The notes under the pieces are model-generated. The model did no database searches and was not told the origin of the DNA. It saw only the letters and a list, made by a program, of their open reading frames with translations. Below are positions 41,401 to 54,160 of a DNA stretch of 64,000 bases, piece by piece. Source of the stretch: the human T2T-CHM13v2.0 reference genome, Homo sapiens; the NCBI RefSeq assembly GCF_009914755.1, contig NC_060935.1; one strand, 5' to 3'. Both the position numbers and the translations under genes were made by a program. The stretch's first letter is position 1. The number at the start of each line of letters is the position of its first letter.

Positions 41401-44024
41401 TAAAAACCAAACGGAAGCATTCACAGACAATTCTTAGTGATCATTGGATTGAACTAACAGAGCTGAACATTCCTTTAGATGGCGCAGTTTCCAAACACAC
41501 TTTCTGTAGAATCTGCAAGTGGATATTGGGACCTCTCTGAGGATTTCGTTGGAAACGGGATAAACTTCCCAGAACTACACGGAAGCATTCTGAGAAACTT
41601 CTTTGTGATGTTTGCATTCAACTCACAGAGTTGAACCTTGCTTTCATAGTTCAGCTTTCAAACACTCTTTTTGTAGAATCTGCAAGTGGATATTTGGACC
41701 ACTTTATGGCCTTCCTTTGAAACGGGTATATCTTCACATCAAACCTAGACAGAAGCATTCTCAGAATGTTTCCTGTGATGATTGCATTCAACTCACAGAG
41801 GTGAACAATCCTGCTGATGGAGCAGTTTTGAAACTCTCTTTCTTTGGATTCTGCAAGTGGATATGTGGACCTCTGTGAAGATTTCGTTGGAAACGGGTTC
41901 ATCTTCACAGAAAAACTAAACAGGAGCATTCTCAGAAACTGCTTTGTGATGTTTGTGTTCCACTTCAAGAATTGAACTTTCCTCTTGACAGAGCAGCTCT
42001 GAAACCCTCTTTTTCTAGAATCTGCAAGTGGACATTTGGAGGGCTTTGAGGCCTGTGGTGGAAAAGGAAAATCTTCACATAAAAACTAGATGGAAGCATT
42101 CTCAGAAACTACTTTGTGATGATTGCATTCGACTCACAGAGTTGAACATTCCTATAGATAGAGCAGGTTGTAAACAATCTTTTTGTAGAATCTGCGATTG
42201 GAGATTTTTACTGCTTTGAGGCCTACTGTAGTAAAGGAAATAACTTCATCTAAAAACCAAACGGAAGCATTCACAGACAATTCTTAGTGATCATTGGATT
42301 GAACTAACAGAGCTGAACATTCCCTTACATGGCGCAGTTTCCAAACACACTTTCTGTAGAATCTGCAAGTGGATATTTGGACTTCTCTGAGGATTTCGTT
42401 GGAAACGGGATAAACTTCCCAGAACTACACGGAAGCATTCTGAGAAACTTCTTTGTGATGTTTGCATTCAACTCACAGAGTTGAACCTTGCTTTCATAGT
42501 TCAGCTTTCAAACACTCTTTTTGTAGAATCTGCAAGTGGATATTTGGACCACTTTGTGGCCTTCCTTCGAAACGGGTATATCTTCACATCAAACCTAGAC
42601 AGAAGCATTCTCAGAATGTTTCCTGTGATGACTGCATTCAACTCACAGAGGTGAACAATCCTGTTGATGGAGCAGTTTTGAAACTCTCTTTCTTTGGATT
42701 CTGCAAGTGGATATGTGGACCTCTGTGAAGATTTAGTTGGAAACGGGTTCATCTTCACAGAAAAACTAAACAGGAGCATTCTCAGAAACTGCTTTGTGAT
42801 GTTTGTGTTCCACTTCAAGAATTGAACTTTCCTCTTGATAGAGCAGCTCTGAAACCCTCTTTTTCTAGAATCTGCAAGTGGACATTTGGAGGGCTTTGAG
42901 GCCTGTGGTGGAAAAGGAAAATCTTCACATAAAAGCTAGATGGAAGCATTCTCAGAAACTACTTTGTGATGATTGCATTCGACTCACAGAGTTGAACATT
43001 CCTATAGATAGAGCAGGTTGTAAACAATCTTTTTGTAGAATCTGCGATTGGAGATTTGGACTGCTTTGAGGCCTAATGTAGTAAAGGAAATAACTTCATC
43101 TAAAAACCAAACGGAAGCATTCACAGACAATTCTTAGTGATCATTGGATTGAACTAACAGAGCTGAACATTCCTTTACATGGCGCAGTTTCCAAACACAC
43201 TTTCTGTAGAATCTGCAAGTGGATATTTGGACCTCTCTGAGGATTTCGTTGGAAACGGGATAAACTTCCCAGAACTACACGGAAGCATTCTGAGAAACTT
43301 CTTTGTGATGTTTGCATTCAACTCACAGAGTTGAACCTTGCTTTCATAGTTCAGCTTTCAAACACTCTTTTTGTAGAATCTGCAAGTGGATATTTGGACC
43401 ACTTTGTGGCCTTCCTTCGAAACGGGTATATCTTCACATCAAACCTAGACAAAAGCATTCTCAGAATGTTTCCTGTGATAACAGCATTCAACTCACAGAG
43501 GTGAACAATCCTGTTGATGGAGCAGTTTTGAAACTCTCTTTCTTTGGATTCTGCAAGTGGATATGTGGACCTCTGTGAAGATTTCGTTGGAAACGGGTTC
43601 ATCTTCACAGAAAAACTAAACAGGAGCATTCTCAGAAACTGCTTTGTGATGTTTGTGTTCCACTTCAGGAATTGAACTTTCCTCTTGATAGAGCAGCTCT
43701 GAAACCCTCTTTTTCTAGAATCTGCAAGTGGACATTTGGAGGGATTTGAGGCCTGTGCTGGAAAAGGAAAACCTTCACATAAAAACTAGAATTGAGGAAT
43801 TCTCAGAAACTACTTTGTGATGATTGCATTCGACTCACAGAGTTGAACATTCCTATAGATAGAGCAGGTTGTAAACAATCTTTTTGTAGAATCTGCGATT
43901 GGAGATTTGGACTGCTTTGAGGCCTACTGTCGTAAAGGAAATAACTTCATCTAAAAACCAAACGGAAGCATTCACAGACAATTCTTAGTGATCATTGGAT
44001 TGAACTAACAGAGCTGAACATTCC
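35431..44024 (+). repeat. 6-HOR duplication (period 5100 bp) whose second copy lacks 2 HORs (A-B-C-A'-C')
   Basis: 35.5-38.0 kb matches 40.6-43.0 kb at +5100 (ORFs 35662->40762 through 37778->42878). Then 39.6-40.6 kb matches 43.0-44.0 kb at +3401 (AGAATTGAGGAATTCT, CCTGTGCTGG, CTGTCGTAAAG). Confidence 0.85.
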
Positions 44025-47000
44025 TTTAGATTGCGCAGTTTCCAAACACACTTTCTGTAGAATCTGCAAGTGGATATTTGGACCTCTCTGAGGATTTCGT
44101 TGGAAACGGGATAAACTTCCCAGAACTACACGGAAGCATTGTGAGAAACTTCTTTGTGATGTTTGCATTCAACTCACAGAGTTGAACCTTGCTTTCATAG
44201 TTCAGCTTTCAAACACTCTTTTTGTAGAATCTGCAAGTGGATATTTGGACCACTTTGTGGCCTTCCTTCGAAACGGGTATATCTTCACATCAAACCTAGA
44301 CAGAAGCATTCTCAGAATGTTTCCTGTGATGACTGCATTCAACTCACAGAGGTGAACAATCCTGCTGATGGAGCAGTTTTGAAACTCTCTTTCTTTGGAT
44401 TCTGCAAGTGGATATGTGGACCTCTGTGAAGATTTCGTTGGAAATGGGTTCATCTTCACAGAAAAACTAAACAGGAGCATTCTCAGAAACTGCTTTGTGA
44501 TGTTTGTGTTCCACTTCAGGAATTGAACTTTCCTCTTGACAGAGCAGCTCTGAAACCCTCTTTTTCTAGAATCTGCAAGTGGACATTTGGAGGGCTTTGA
44601 GGCCTGTGGTGGAAAAGGAAACTCTTCACATAAAACCTAGATGGAAGCATTCTCAGAAACTCCTTTGTGATGATTGCATTCGACTCACAGAGTTGAACAT
44701 TCCTATAGATAGAGCAGGTTGTAAACTATCTTTTTGTAGAATCTGCGATTGGAGATTTGGACTGCTTTGAGGCCTACTGTAGTAAAGGAAATAACTTCAT
44801 CTAAAAACCAAACGGAAGCATTCACAGACAATTCTTAGTGATCATTGGATTGAACTAAAAGAGCTGAACATTCCTTTAGATGGCGCAGTTTCCAAACACA
44901 CTTTCTGTAGAATCTGCAAGTGGATATTTGGACTTCTCTGAGGATTTCGTTGGAAACGGGATAAACTTCCCAGAACTACAGGGAAGCATTGTGAGAAACT
45001 TCTTTGTGATGTTTGCATTCAACTCACAGAGTTGAACCTTGCTTTCATAGTTCAGCTTTCAAACACTCTTTTTGTAGAATCTGCAAGTGGATATTTGGAC
45101 CACTTTGTGGCCTTCCTTCGAAACGGGTATATCTTCACATCAAACCTAGACAGAAGCATTCTCAGAATGTTTCCTGTGATGACTGCATTCAACTCACAGA
45201 TGTGAACAATCCTGTTGATGGAGCAGTTTTGAAACTCTCTTTCTTTGGATTCTGCAAGTTGATATGTGGACCTCTGTGAAGATTTCGTTGGAAACGGGTT
45301 CATCTTCACAGAAAATCTAAACAGAAGCATTCTCAGAAGCTGCTTTGTGATGTTTGTGTTCCACTTCAAGAATTGATCTTTCCTCTTGACAGAGGAGCTC
45401 TGAAACCCTCTTTTTCTAGAATCTGCAAGTGTACATTCGGAGGGCATTGAGGCCTGTGGTGGAAAAGGAAAATCTTCACATAAAAACTAGATGGAAGCAT
45501 TCTCAGAAACTACTTTGTGATGATTGCATTCGACTCACAGAGTTGAACATTCCTATAGATAGAGCAGGTTGTAAACAATCTTTTTGTAGAATCTGCGATT
45601 GGAGATTTGGACTGCTTTGAGGCCTACTGTAGTAAAGGAAATAACTTCATCTAAAAACCAAACGGAAGCATTCACAGACAATTCTTAGTGATCATTGCAT
45701 TGAACTAACAGAGCTGAACATTCCTTTAGATGGCGCAGTTTCCAAACACACTTTCTGTAGAATCTGCAAGTGGATATTTGGACCTCTCTGAGGATTTCGT
45801 TGGAAACGGGATAAACTTCCCAGAACTACACGGAAGCATTGTGAGAAACTTCTTTGTGATGTTTGCATTCAACTCACAGAGTTGAACCTTGCTTTCATAG
45901 TTCAGCTTTCAAACACTCTTTTTGTAGAATCTGCAAGTGGATATTTGGACCACTTTGTGGCCTTCCTTCGAAACGGGTATATCTTCACATCAAACCTAGA
46001 CAGAAGCATTCTCAGAATGTTTCCTGTGATGACTGCATTCAACTCACAGAGGTGAACAATCCTGCTGATGGAGCAGTTTTGAAACTCTCTTTCTTTGGAT
46101 TCTGCAAGTGGATATGTGGACCTCTGTGAAGATTTCGTTGGAAACGGGTTCATCTTCACAGAAAAACTAAACAGGAGCATTCTCAGAAACTGCTTTGTGA
46201 TGTTTGTGTTCCACTTCAAGAATTGAACTTTCCTCTTGACAGAGCAGCTCTGAAACCCTCTTTTTCTAGAATCTGCAAGTGGACATTTGGAGGGCTTTGA
46301 GGCCTGTGGTGGAAAAGGAAAATCTTCACATAAAAACTAGATGGAAGCATTCTCAGAAACTACTTTGTGATGATTGCATTCGACTCACAGAGTTGAACAT
46401 TCCTATAGATAGAGCAGGTTGTAAACAATCTTTTTGTAGAATCTGCGATTGGAGATTTGGACTGCTTTGAGGCCTAATGTAGTAAAGGAAATAACTTCAT
46501 CTAAAAACCAAACGGAAACATTCACAGACAATTCTTAGTGATCATTGCATTGAACTAAGAGAGCTGAACATTCCTTTAGATGGCGCAGTTTCCAAACACA
46601 CTTTCTGTAGAATCTGCAAGTGGATATTTGGACCTCTCTGAGGATTTCGTTGGAAACGGGATAAAATTCCCAGAACTACACGGAAGCATTGTGAGAAACT
46701 TCTTTGTGATGTTTGCATTCAACTCACAGAGTTGAACCTTGCTTTCATAGTTCAGCTTTCAAACACTCTTTTTGTAGAATCTGCAAGTGGATATTTGGAC
46801 CACTTTGTGGCCTTCCTTCGAAACGCGTATATCTTCACATCAAACCTAGACAGAAGCATTCTCAGAATGTTTCCTGTGATGACTGCATTCAACCCACAGA
46901 GGTGAACAATCCTGCTGATGGAGCAGTTTTGAAACTCTCTTTCTTTGGATTCTGCAAGTGGATATGTGGACCTCTGTGAAGATTTCGTTGGAAACGGGTT

Positions 47001-47304
47001 CATCTTCACAGAAAAACTAAACAGAAGCATTCTCAGAAACTGCTTTGTGATGTTTGTGTTCCACTTCAGGAATTGAACTTTCCTCTTGACAGAGCAGCTC
47101 TGAAACCCTCTTATTCTAGAATCTGCAAGTGGACATTTGGAGGGCTTTGAGGCCTGTGGTGGAAAAGGAAAATCTTCACATAAAAACTAGATGGAAGCAT
47201 TCTCAGAAACTACTTTGTGATGATTGCATTCGACTCACAGAGTTGAACATTCCTATAGATAGAGCAGGTTGTAAACAATCTTTTTGTAGAATCTGCGATT
47301 GGAA

Positions 47305-50300
47305 ATTTGGACTGCTTTGAGGCCTACTGTAGTAAAGGAAATAACTTCATCTAAAAACCAACCGGAAGCATTCACAGACAATTCTTAGTGATCATTGGAT
47401 TGAACTAACAGAGCTGAACATTCCTTTAGATGGAGCAGTTTCCAAACCCACTTTCTGTAGAATCTGCAAGTGGATATTTGGACTTCTCTGAGGATTTCGT
47501 TGGAAAAGGGATAAACTTCCCAGAACTACACGGAAGCATTGTGAGAAACTTCTTTGTGATGTTTGCATTCAACTCACAGAGTTGAACCTTGCTTTCACAG
47601 TTCAGCTTTCAAACACTCTTTTTGTAGAATCTGCAAGTGGATATTTGGACCACTTTGTGGCCTTCCTTCGAAACGGGTATATCTTCATATCAAACCTAGA
47701 CAGAAGCATTCTCAGAATGTTTCCTGTGATGACTGCATTCAACTCACAGAGGTGAACAATCCTGTTGATGGAGCAGTTTTGAAACTCTCTTTCTTTGGAT
47801 TCTGCAAGTGGATATGTGGACCTCTGTGAAGATTTCGTTGGAAACGGGTTCATCTTCACAGAAAAACTAAACAGAAGCATTCTCAGAAACTGCTTTGTGA
47901 TGTTTGTGTTCCACTTCAGTTATTGAACTTTCCTCTTGACAGAGCAGCTCTGAAATCCTCTTATTCTAGAATCTGCAAGTGGACATTTGGAGGGCTTTGA
48001 GAGCTGTGGTGGAAAAGGAAAATCTTCACATAAAAACTACATGGAAGCATTCTCAGAAACTACTTTGTGATGATTGCATTCGACTCACAGAGTTGAACAT
48101 TCCTATAGATAGAGCAGGTTGTAAACAATCTTTTTTTGGAATCTGCGATTGGAAATTTGGACTGCTTTGAGACCTACTGTAGTAAAGGAAATAACTTCAT
48201 CTAAAAACCAAACGGAAGCATTCACAGACAATTCTTAGTGATCATTGCATTGAACTAACAGAGCTGAACATTCCTTTAGATGGAGCAGTTTCCAAACAAA
48301 CTTTCTGTAGAATCTGCAAGTGGATATTTGGACTTCTCTGAGGAGTTCGTTGGAAACGGGATAAACTTCCCAGAACTACACGGAAGCATTGTGAGAAACT
48401 TCTTTGTGATGTTTGCATTCAACTCACAGAGTTGAACCTTGCTTTCATAGTTCAGCTTTCAAACACTCTTTTTGTAGAATCTGCAAGTGGATATTTGGAC
48501 CACTTTGTGGCCTTCCTTCGAAACGGGTATATCTTCACATCAAACCTAGACAGAAGCATTCTCAGAATGTTTCCTGTGATGACTGCATTCAACTCCCAGA
48601 GGTGAACAATCCTGCTGATGGAGCAGTTTTGAAACTCTCTTTCTTTGGATTCTGCAAGTGGATATGTGGACCTCTGTGAAGATTTCGTTGGAAACGGGTT
48701 CATCTTCACAGAAAAACTAAACAGGAGCATTCTCAGAAACTGCTTTGTGATGTTTGTGTTCCACTTCAAGAATTGAACTTTCCTCTTGACAGAGCAGCTC
48801 TGAAACCCTCTTTTTCTAGAATCTGCAAGTGGACATTTGGAGGGCTTTGAGGCCTGTGGTGGAAAAGGAAAATCTTCACATAAAAACTAGATGGAAGCAT
48901 TCTCAGAAACTACTTTGTGATGATTGCATTCGACTCACAGAGTTGAACATTCCTATAGATAGAGCAGGTTGTAAACAATCTTTTTGTAGAATCTGCGATT
49001 GGAGATTTGGACTGCTATGAGGCCTACTGTAGTAAAGGAAATAACTTCATCTAAAAACCAAACGGAAACATTCACAGACAATTCTTAGTGATCATTGCAT
49101 TGAACTAACAGAGCTGAACATTCCTTTAGATGGCGCAGTTTCCAAACACACTTTCTGTAGAATCGGCAAGTGGATATTTGGACCTCTCTGAGGATTTCGT
49201 TGGAAACGGGATAAACTTCCCAGAACTACACGGAAGCATTCTGAGAAACTTCTTTGTGATGTTTGCATTCAACTCACAGAGTTGAACCTTGCTTTCATAG
49301 TTCAGCTTTCAAACACTCTTTTTGTAGAATCTGCAAGTGGATATTTGGACCACTTTGTGGCCTTCCTTCGAAACGCGTATATCTTCACATCAAACCTAGA
49401 CAGAAGCATTCTCAGAATGTTTCCTGTGATGACTGCATTCAACTCACAGAGGTGAACAATCCTGCTGATGGAGCAGTTTTGAAACTCTCTTTCTTTGGAT
49501 TCTGCAAGTGGATATGTGGACCTCTGTGAAGATTTCGTTGGAAACGGGTTCATCTTCACAGAAAAACTAAACAGAAGCATTCTCAGAAACTGCTTTGTGA
49601 TGTTTGTGTTCCACTTCAGGAATTGAACTTTCCTCTTGACAGAGCAGCTCTGAAATCCTCTTATTCTAGAATCTGCAAGTGGACATTTGGAGGGCTTTGA
49701 GGCCTGTGGTGGAAAAGGAAAATCTTCACATAAAAACTAGATGGAAGCATTCTCAGAAACTACTTTGTGATGATTGCATTCGACTCACAGAGTTGAACAT
49801 TCCTATAGATAGAGCAGGTTGTAAACAATCTTTTTGTAGAATCTGCGATTGGAGATTTGGACTGCTTTGAGGCCTACTGTAGTAAAGGAAATAACTTCAT
49901 CTAAAAACCAAACGGAAGCATTCACAGACAATTCTTAGTGATCATTGCATTGAACTAACAGAGCTGAACATTCCTTTAGATGGAGCAGTTTCCAAACCCA
50001 CGTTCTGTAGAATCTGCAAGTGGATATTTGGACTTCTCTGAGGATTTCGTTGGAAACGGGATAAACTTCCCAGAACTACACGGAAGCATTGTGAGAAACT
50101 TCTTTGTGATGTTTGCATTCAACTCACAGAGTTGAACCTTGCTTTCATAGTTCAGCTTTCAAACACTCTTTTTGTAGAATCTGCAAGTGGATATTTGGAC
50201 CACTTTGTGGCCTTCCTTCGAAACGGGTATATCTTAACATCAAACCTAGACAGAAGCATTCTCAGAATGTTTCCTGTGATGACTGCATTCAACTCACAGA

Positions 50301-53300
50301 GGTGAACAATCCTGCTGATGGAGCAGTTTTGAAACTCTCTTTCTTTGGATTCTGCAAGTGGATATGTGGACCTCTGTGAAGAATTCGTTGGAAACGGGTT
50401 CATCTTCACAGAAAAACTAAACAGGAGCATTCTCAGAAACTGCTTTGTGATGTTTGTGTTCCACTTCAAGAATTGAACTTTCCTCTTGACAGAGCAGCTC
50501 TGAAACCCTCTTTTTCTAGAATCTGCAAGTGGACATTTGGAGGGCTTTGAGGCCTGTGGTGGAAAAGGAAAATCTTCACATAAAAACTAGATGGAAGCAT
50601 TCTCAGAAACTACTTTGTGATGATTGCATTCGACTCACAGAGTTGAACATTCCTATAGATAGAGCAGGTTGTAAACAATCTTTTTGTAGAATCTGCGATT
50701 GGAGATTTGGACTGCTTTGAGGCCTACTGTAGTAAAGGAAATAACTTCATCTAAAAACCAACCGGAAGCATTCACAGACAATTCTTAGTGATCATTGGAT
50801 TGAACTAACAGAGCTGAACATTCCTTTAGATGGAGCAGTTTCCAAACCCACTTTCTGTAGAATCTGCAAGTGGATATTTGGACTTCTCTGAGGATTTCGT
50901 TGGAAAAGGGATAAACTTCCCAGAACTACACGGAAGCATTGTGAGAAACTTCTTTGTGATGTTTGCATTCAACTCACAGAGTTGAACCTTGCTTTCACAG
51001 TTCAGCTTTCAAACACTCTTTTTGTAGAATCTGCAAGTGGATATTTGGACCACTTTGTGGCCTTCCTTCGAAACGGGTATATCTTCATATCAAACCTAGA
51101 CAGAAGCATTCTCAGAATGTTTCCTGTGATGACTGCATTCAACTCACAGAGGTGAACAATCCTGTTGATGGAGCAGTTTTGAAACTCTCTTTCTTTGGAT
51201 TCTGCAAGTGGATATGTGGACCTCTGTGAAGATTTCGTTGGAAACGGGTTCATCTTCACAGAAAAACTAAACAGAAGCATTCTCAGAAACTGCTTTGTGA
51301 TGTTTGTGTTCCACTTCAGTTATTGAACTTTCCTCTTGACAGAGCAGCTCTGAAATCCTCTTATTCTAGAATCTGCAAGTGGACATTTGGAGGGCTTTGA
51401 GAGCTGTGGTGGAAAAGGAAAATCTTCACATAAAAACTACATGGAAGCATTCTCAGAAACTACTTTGTGATGATTGCATTCGACTCACAGAGTTGAACAT
51501 TCCTATAGATAGAGCAGGTTGTAAACAATCTTTTTTTGGAATCTGCGATTGGAAATTTGGACTGCTTTGAGACCTACTGTAGTAAAGGAAATAACTTCAT
51601 CTAAAAACCAAACGGAAGCATTCACAGACAATTCTTAGTGATCATTGCATTGAACTAACAGAGCTGAACATTCCTTTAGATGGAGCAGTTTCCAAACAAA
51701 CTTTCTGTAGAATCTGCAAGTGGATATTTGGACTTCTCTGAGGAGTTCGTTGGAAACGGGATAAACTTCCCAGAACTACACGGAAGCATTGTGAGAAACT
51801 TCTTTGTGATGTTTGCATTCAACTCACAGAGTTGAACCTTGCTTTCATAGTTCAGCTTTCAAACACTCTTTTTGTAGAATCTGCAAGTGGATATTTGGAC
51901 CACTTTGTGGCCTTCCTTCGAAACGGGTATATCTTCACATCAAACCTAGACAGAAGCATTCTCAGAATGTTTCCTGTGATGACTGCATTCAACTCCCAGA
52001 GGTGAACAATCCTGCTGATGGAGCAGTTTTGAAACTCTCTTTCTTTGGATTCTGCAAGTGGATATGTGGACCTCTGTGAAGATTTCGTTGGAAACGGGTT
52101 CATCTTCACAGAAAAACTAAACAGGAGCATTCTCAGAAACTGCTTTGTGATGTTTGTGTTCCACTTCAAGAATTGAACTTTCCTCTTGACAGAGCAGCTC
52201 TGAAACCCTCTTTTTCTAGAATCTGCAAGTGGACATTTGGAGGGCTTTGAGGCCAGTGGTGGAAAAGGAAAATCTTCACATAAAAACTAGATGGAAGCAT
52301 TCTCAGAAACTACTTTGTGATGATTGCATTCGACTCACAGAGTTGAACATTCCTATAGATAGAGCAGGTTGTAAACAATCTTTTTGTAGAATCTGCGATT
52401 GGAGATTTGGACTGCTATGAGGCCTACTGTAGTAAAGGAAATAACTTCATCTAAAAACCAAACGGAAACATTCACAGACAATTCTTAGTGATCATTGCAT
52501 TGAACTAACAGAGCTGAACATTCCTTTAGATGGCGCAGTTTCCAAACACACTTTCTGTAGAATCGGCAAGTGGATATTTGGACCTCTCTGAGGATTTCGT
52601 TGGAAACGGGATAAACTTCCCAGAACTACACGGAAGCATTCTGAGAAACTTCTTTGTGATGTTTGCATTCAACTCACAGAGTTGAACCTTGCTTTCATAG
52701 TTCAGCTTTCAAACACTCTTTTTGTAGAATCTGCAAGTGGATATTTGGACCACTTTGTGGCCTTCCTTCGAAACGCGTATATCTTCACATCAAACCTAGA
52801 CAGAAGCATTCTCAGAATGTTTCCTGTGATGACTGCATTCAACTCACAGAGGTGAACAATCCTGCTGATGGAGCAGTTTTGAAACTCTCTTTCTTTGGAT
52901 TCTGCAAGTGGATATGTGGACCTCTGTGAAGATTTCGTTGGAAACGGGTTCATCTTCACAGAAAAACTAAACAGAAGCATTCTCAGAAACTGCTTTGTGA
53001 TGTTTGTGTTCCACTTCAGGAATTGAACTTTCCTCTTGACAGAGCAGCTCTGAAATCCTCTTATTCTAGAATCTGCAAGTGGACATTTGGAGGGCTTTGA
53101 GGCCTGTGGTGGAAAAGGAAAATCTTCACATAAAAACTAGATGGAAGCATTCTCAGAAACTACTTTATGATGATTGCATTCGACTCACAGAGTTGAACAT
53201 TCCTATAGATAGAGCAGGTTGTAAACAATCTTTTTGTAGAATCTGCGATTGGAGATTTGGACTGCTTTGAGGCCTACTGTAGTAAAGGAAATAACTTCAT

Positions 53301-54160
53301 CTAAAAACCAAACGGAAGCATTCACAGACAATTCTTAGTGATCATTGCATTGAACTAACAGAGCTGAACATTCCTTTAGATGGAGCAGTTTCCAAACCCA
53401 CGTTCTGTAGAATCTGCAAGTGGATATTTGGACTTCTCTGAGGATTTCGTTGGAAACGGGATAAACTTCCCAGAACTACACGGAAGCATTGTGAGAAACT
53501 TCTTTGTGATGTTTGCATTCAACTCACAGAGTTGAACCTTGCTTTCATAGTTCAGCTTTCAAACACTCTTTTTGTAGAATCTGCAAGTGGATATTTGGAC
53601 CACTTTGTGGCCTTCCTTCGAAACGGGTATATCTTAACATCAAACCTAGACAGAAGCATTCTCAGAATGTTTCCTGTGATGACTGCATTCAACTCACAGA
53701 GGTGAACAATCCTGCTGATGGAGCAGTTTTGAAACTCTCTTTCTTTGGATTCTGCAAGTGGATATGTGGACCTCTGTGAAGAATTCGTTGGAAACGGGTT
53801 CATCTTCACAGAAAAACTAAACAGGAGCATTCTCAGAAACTGCTTTGTGATGTTTGTGTTCCACTTCAAGAATTGAACTTTCCTCTTGACAGAGCAGCTC
53901 TGAAACCCTCTTTTTCTAGAATCTGCAAGTGGACATTTGGAGGGCTTTGAGGCCTGTGGTGGAAAAGGAAAATCTTCACATAAAAACTAGATGGAAGCAT
54001 TCTCAGAAACTACTTTGTGATGATTGCATTCGACTCACAGAGTTGAACATTCCTATAGATAGAGCAGGTTGTAAACAATCTTTTTGTAGAATCTGCGATT
54101 GGAGATTTGGACTGCTTTGAGGCCTACTGTAGTAAAGGAAATAACTTCATCTAAAAACCA
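47305..54160 (+). repeat. Tandem duplication of a 4-HOR block, period 3400 bp
   Basis: Variants recur at +3400 (ORFs 47602->51002, 47979->51379, 48413->51813, 50113->53513; GAATTCG at 50381/53781). Only two differences were noticed, at 52255 and 53167. Confidence 0.92.
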
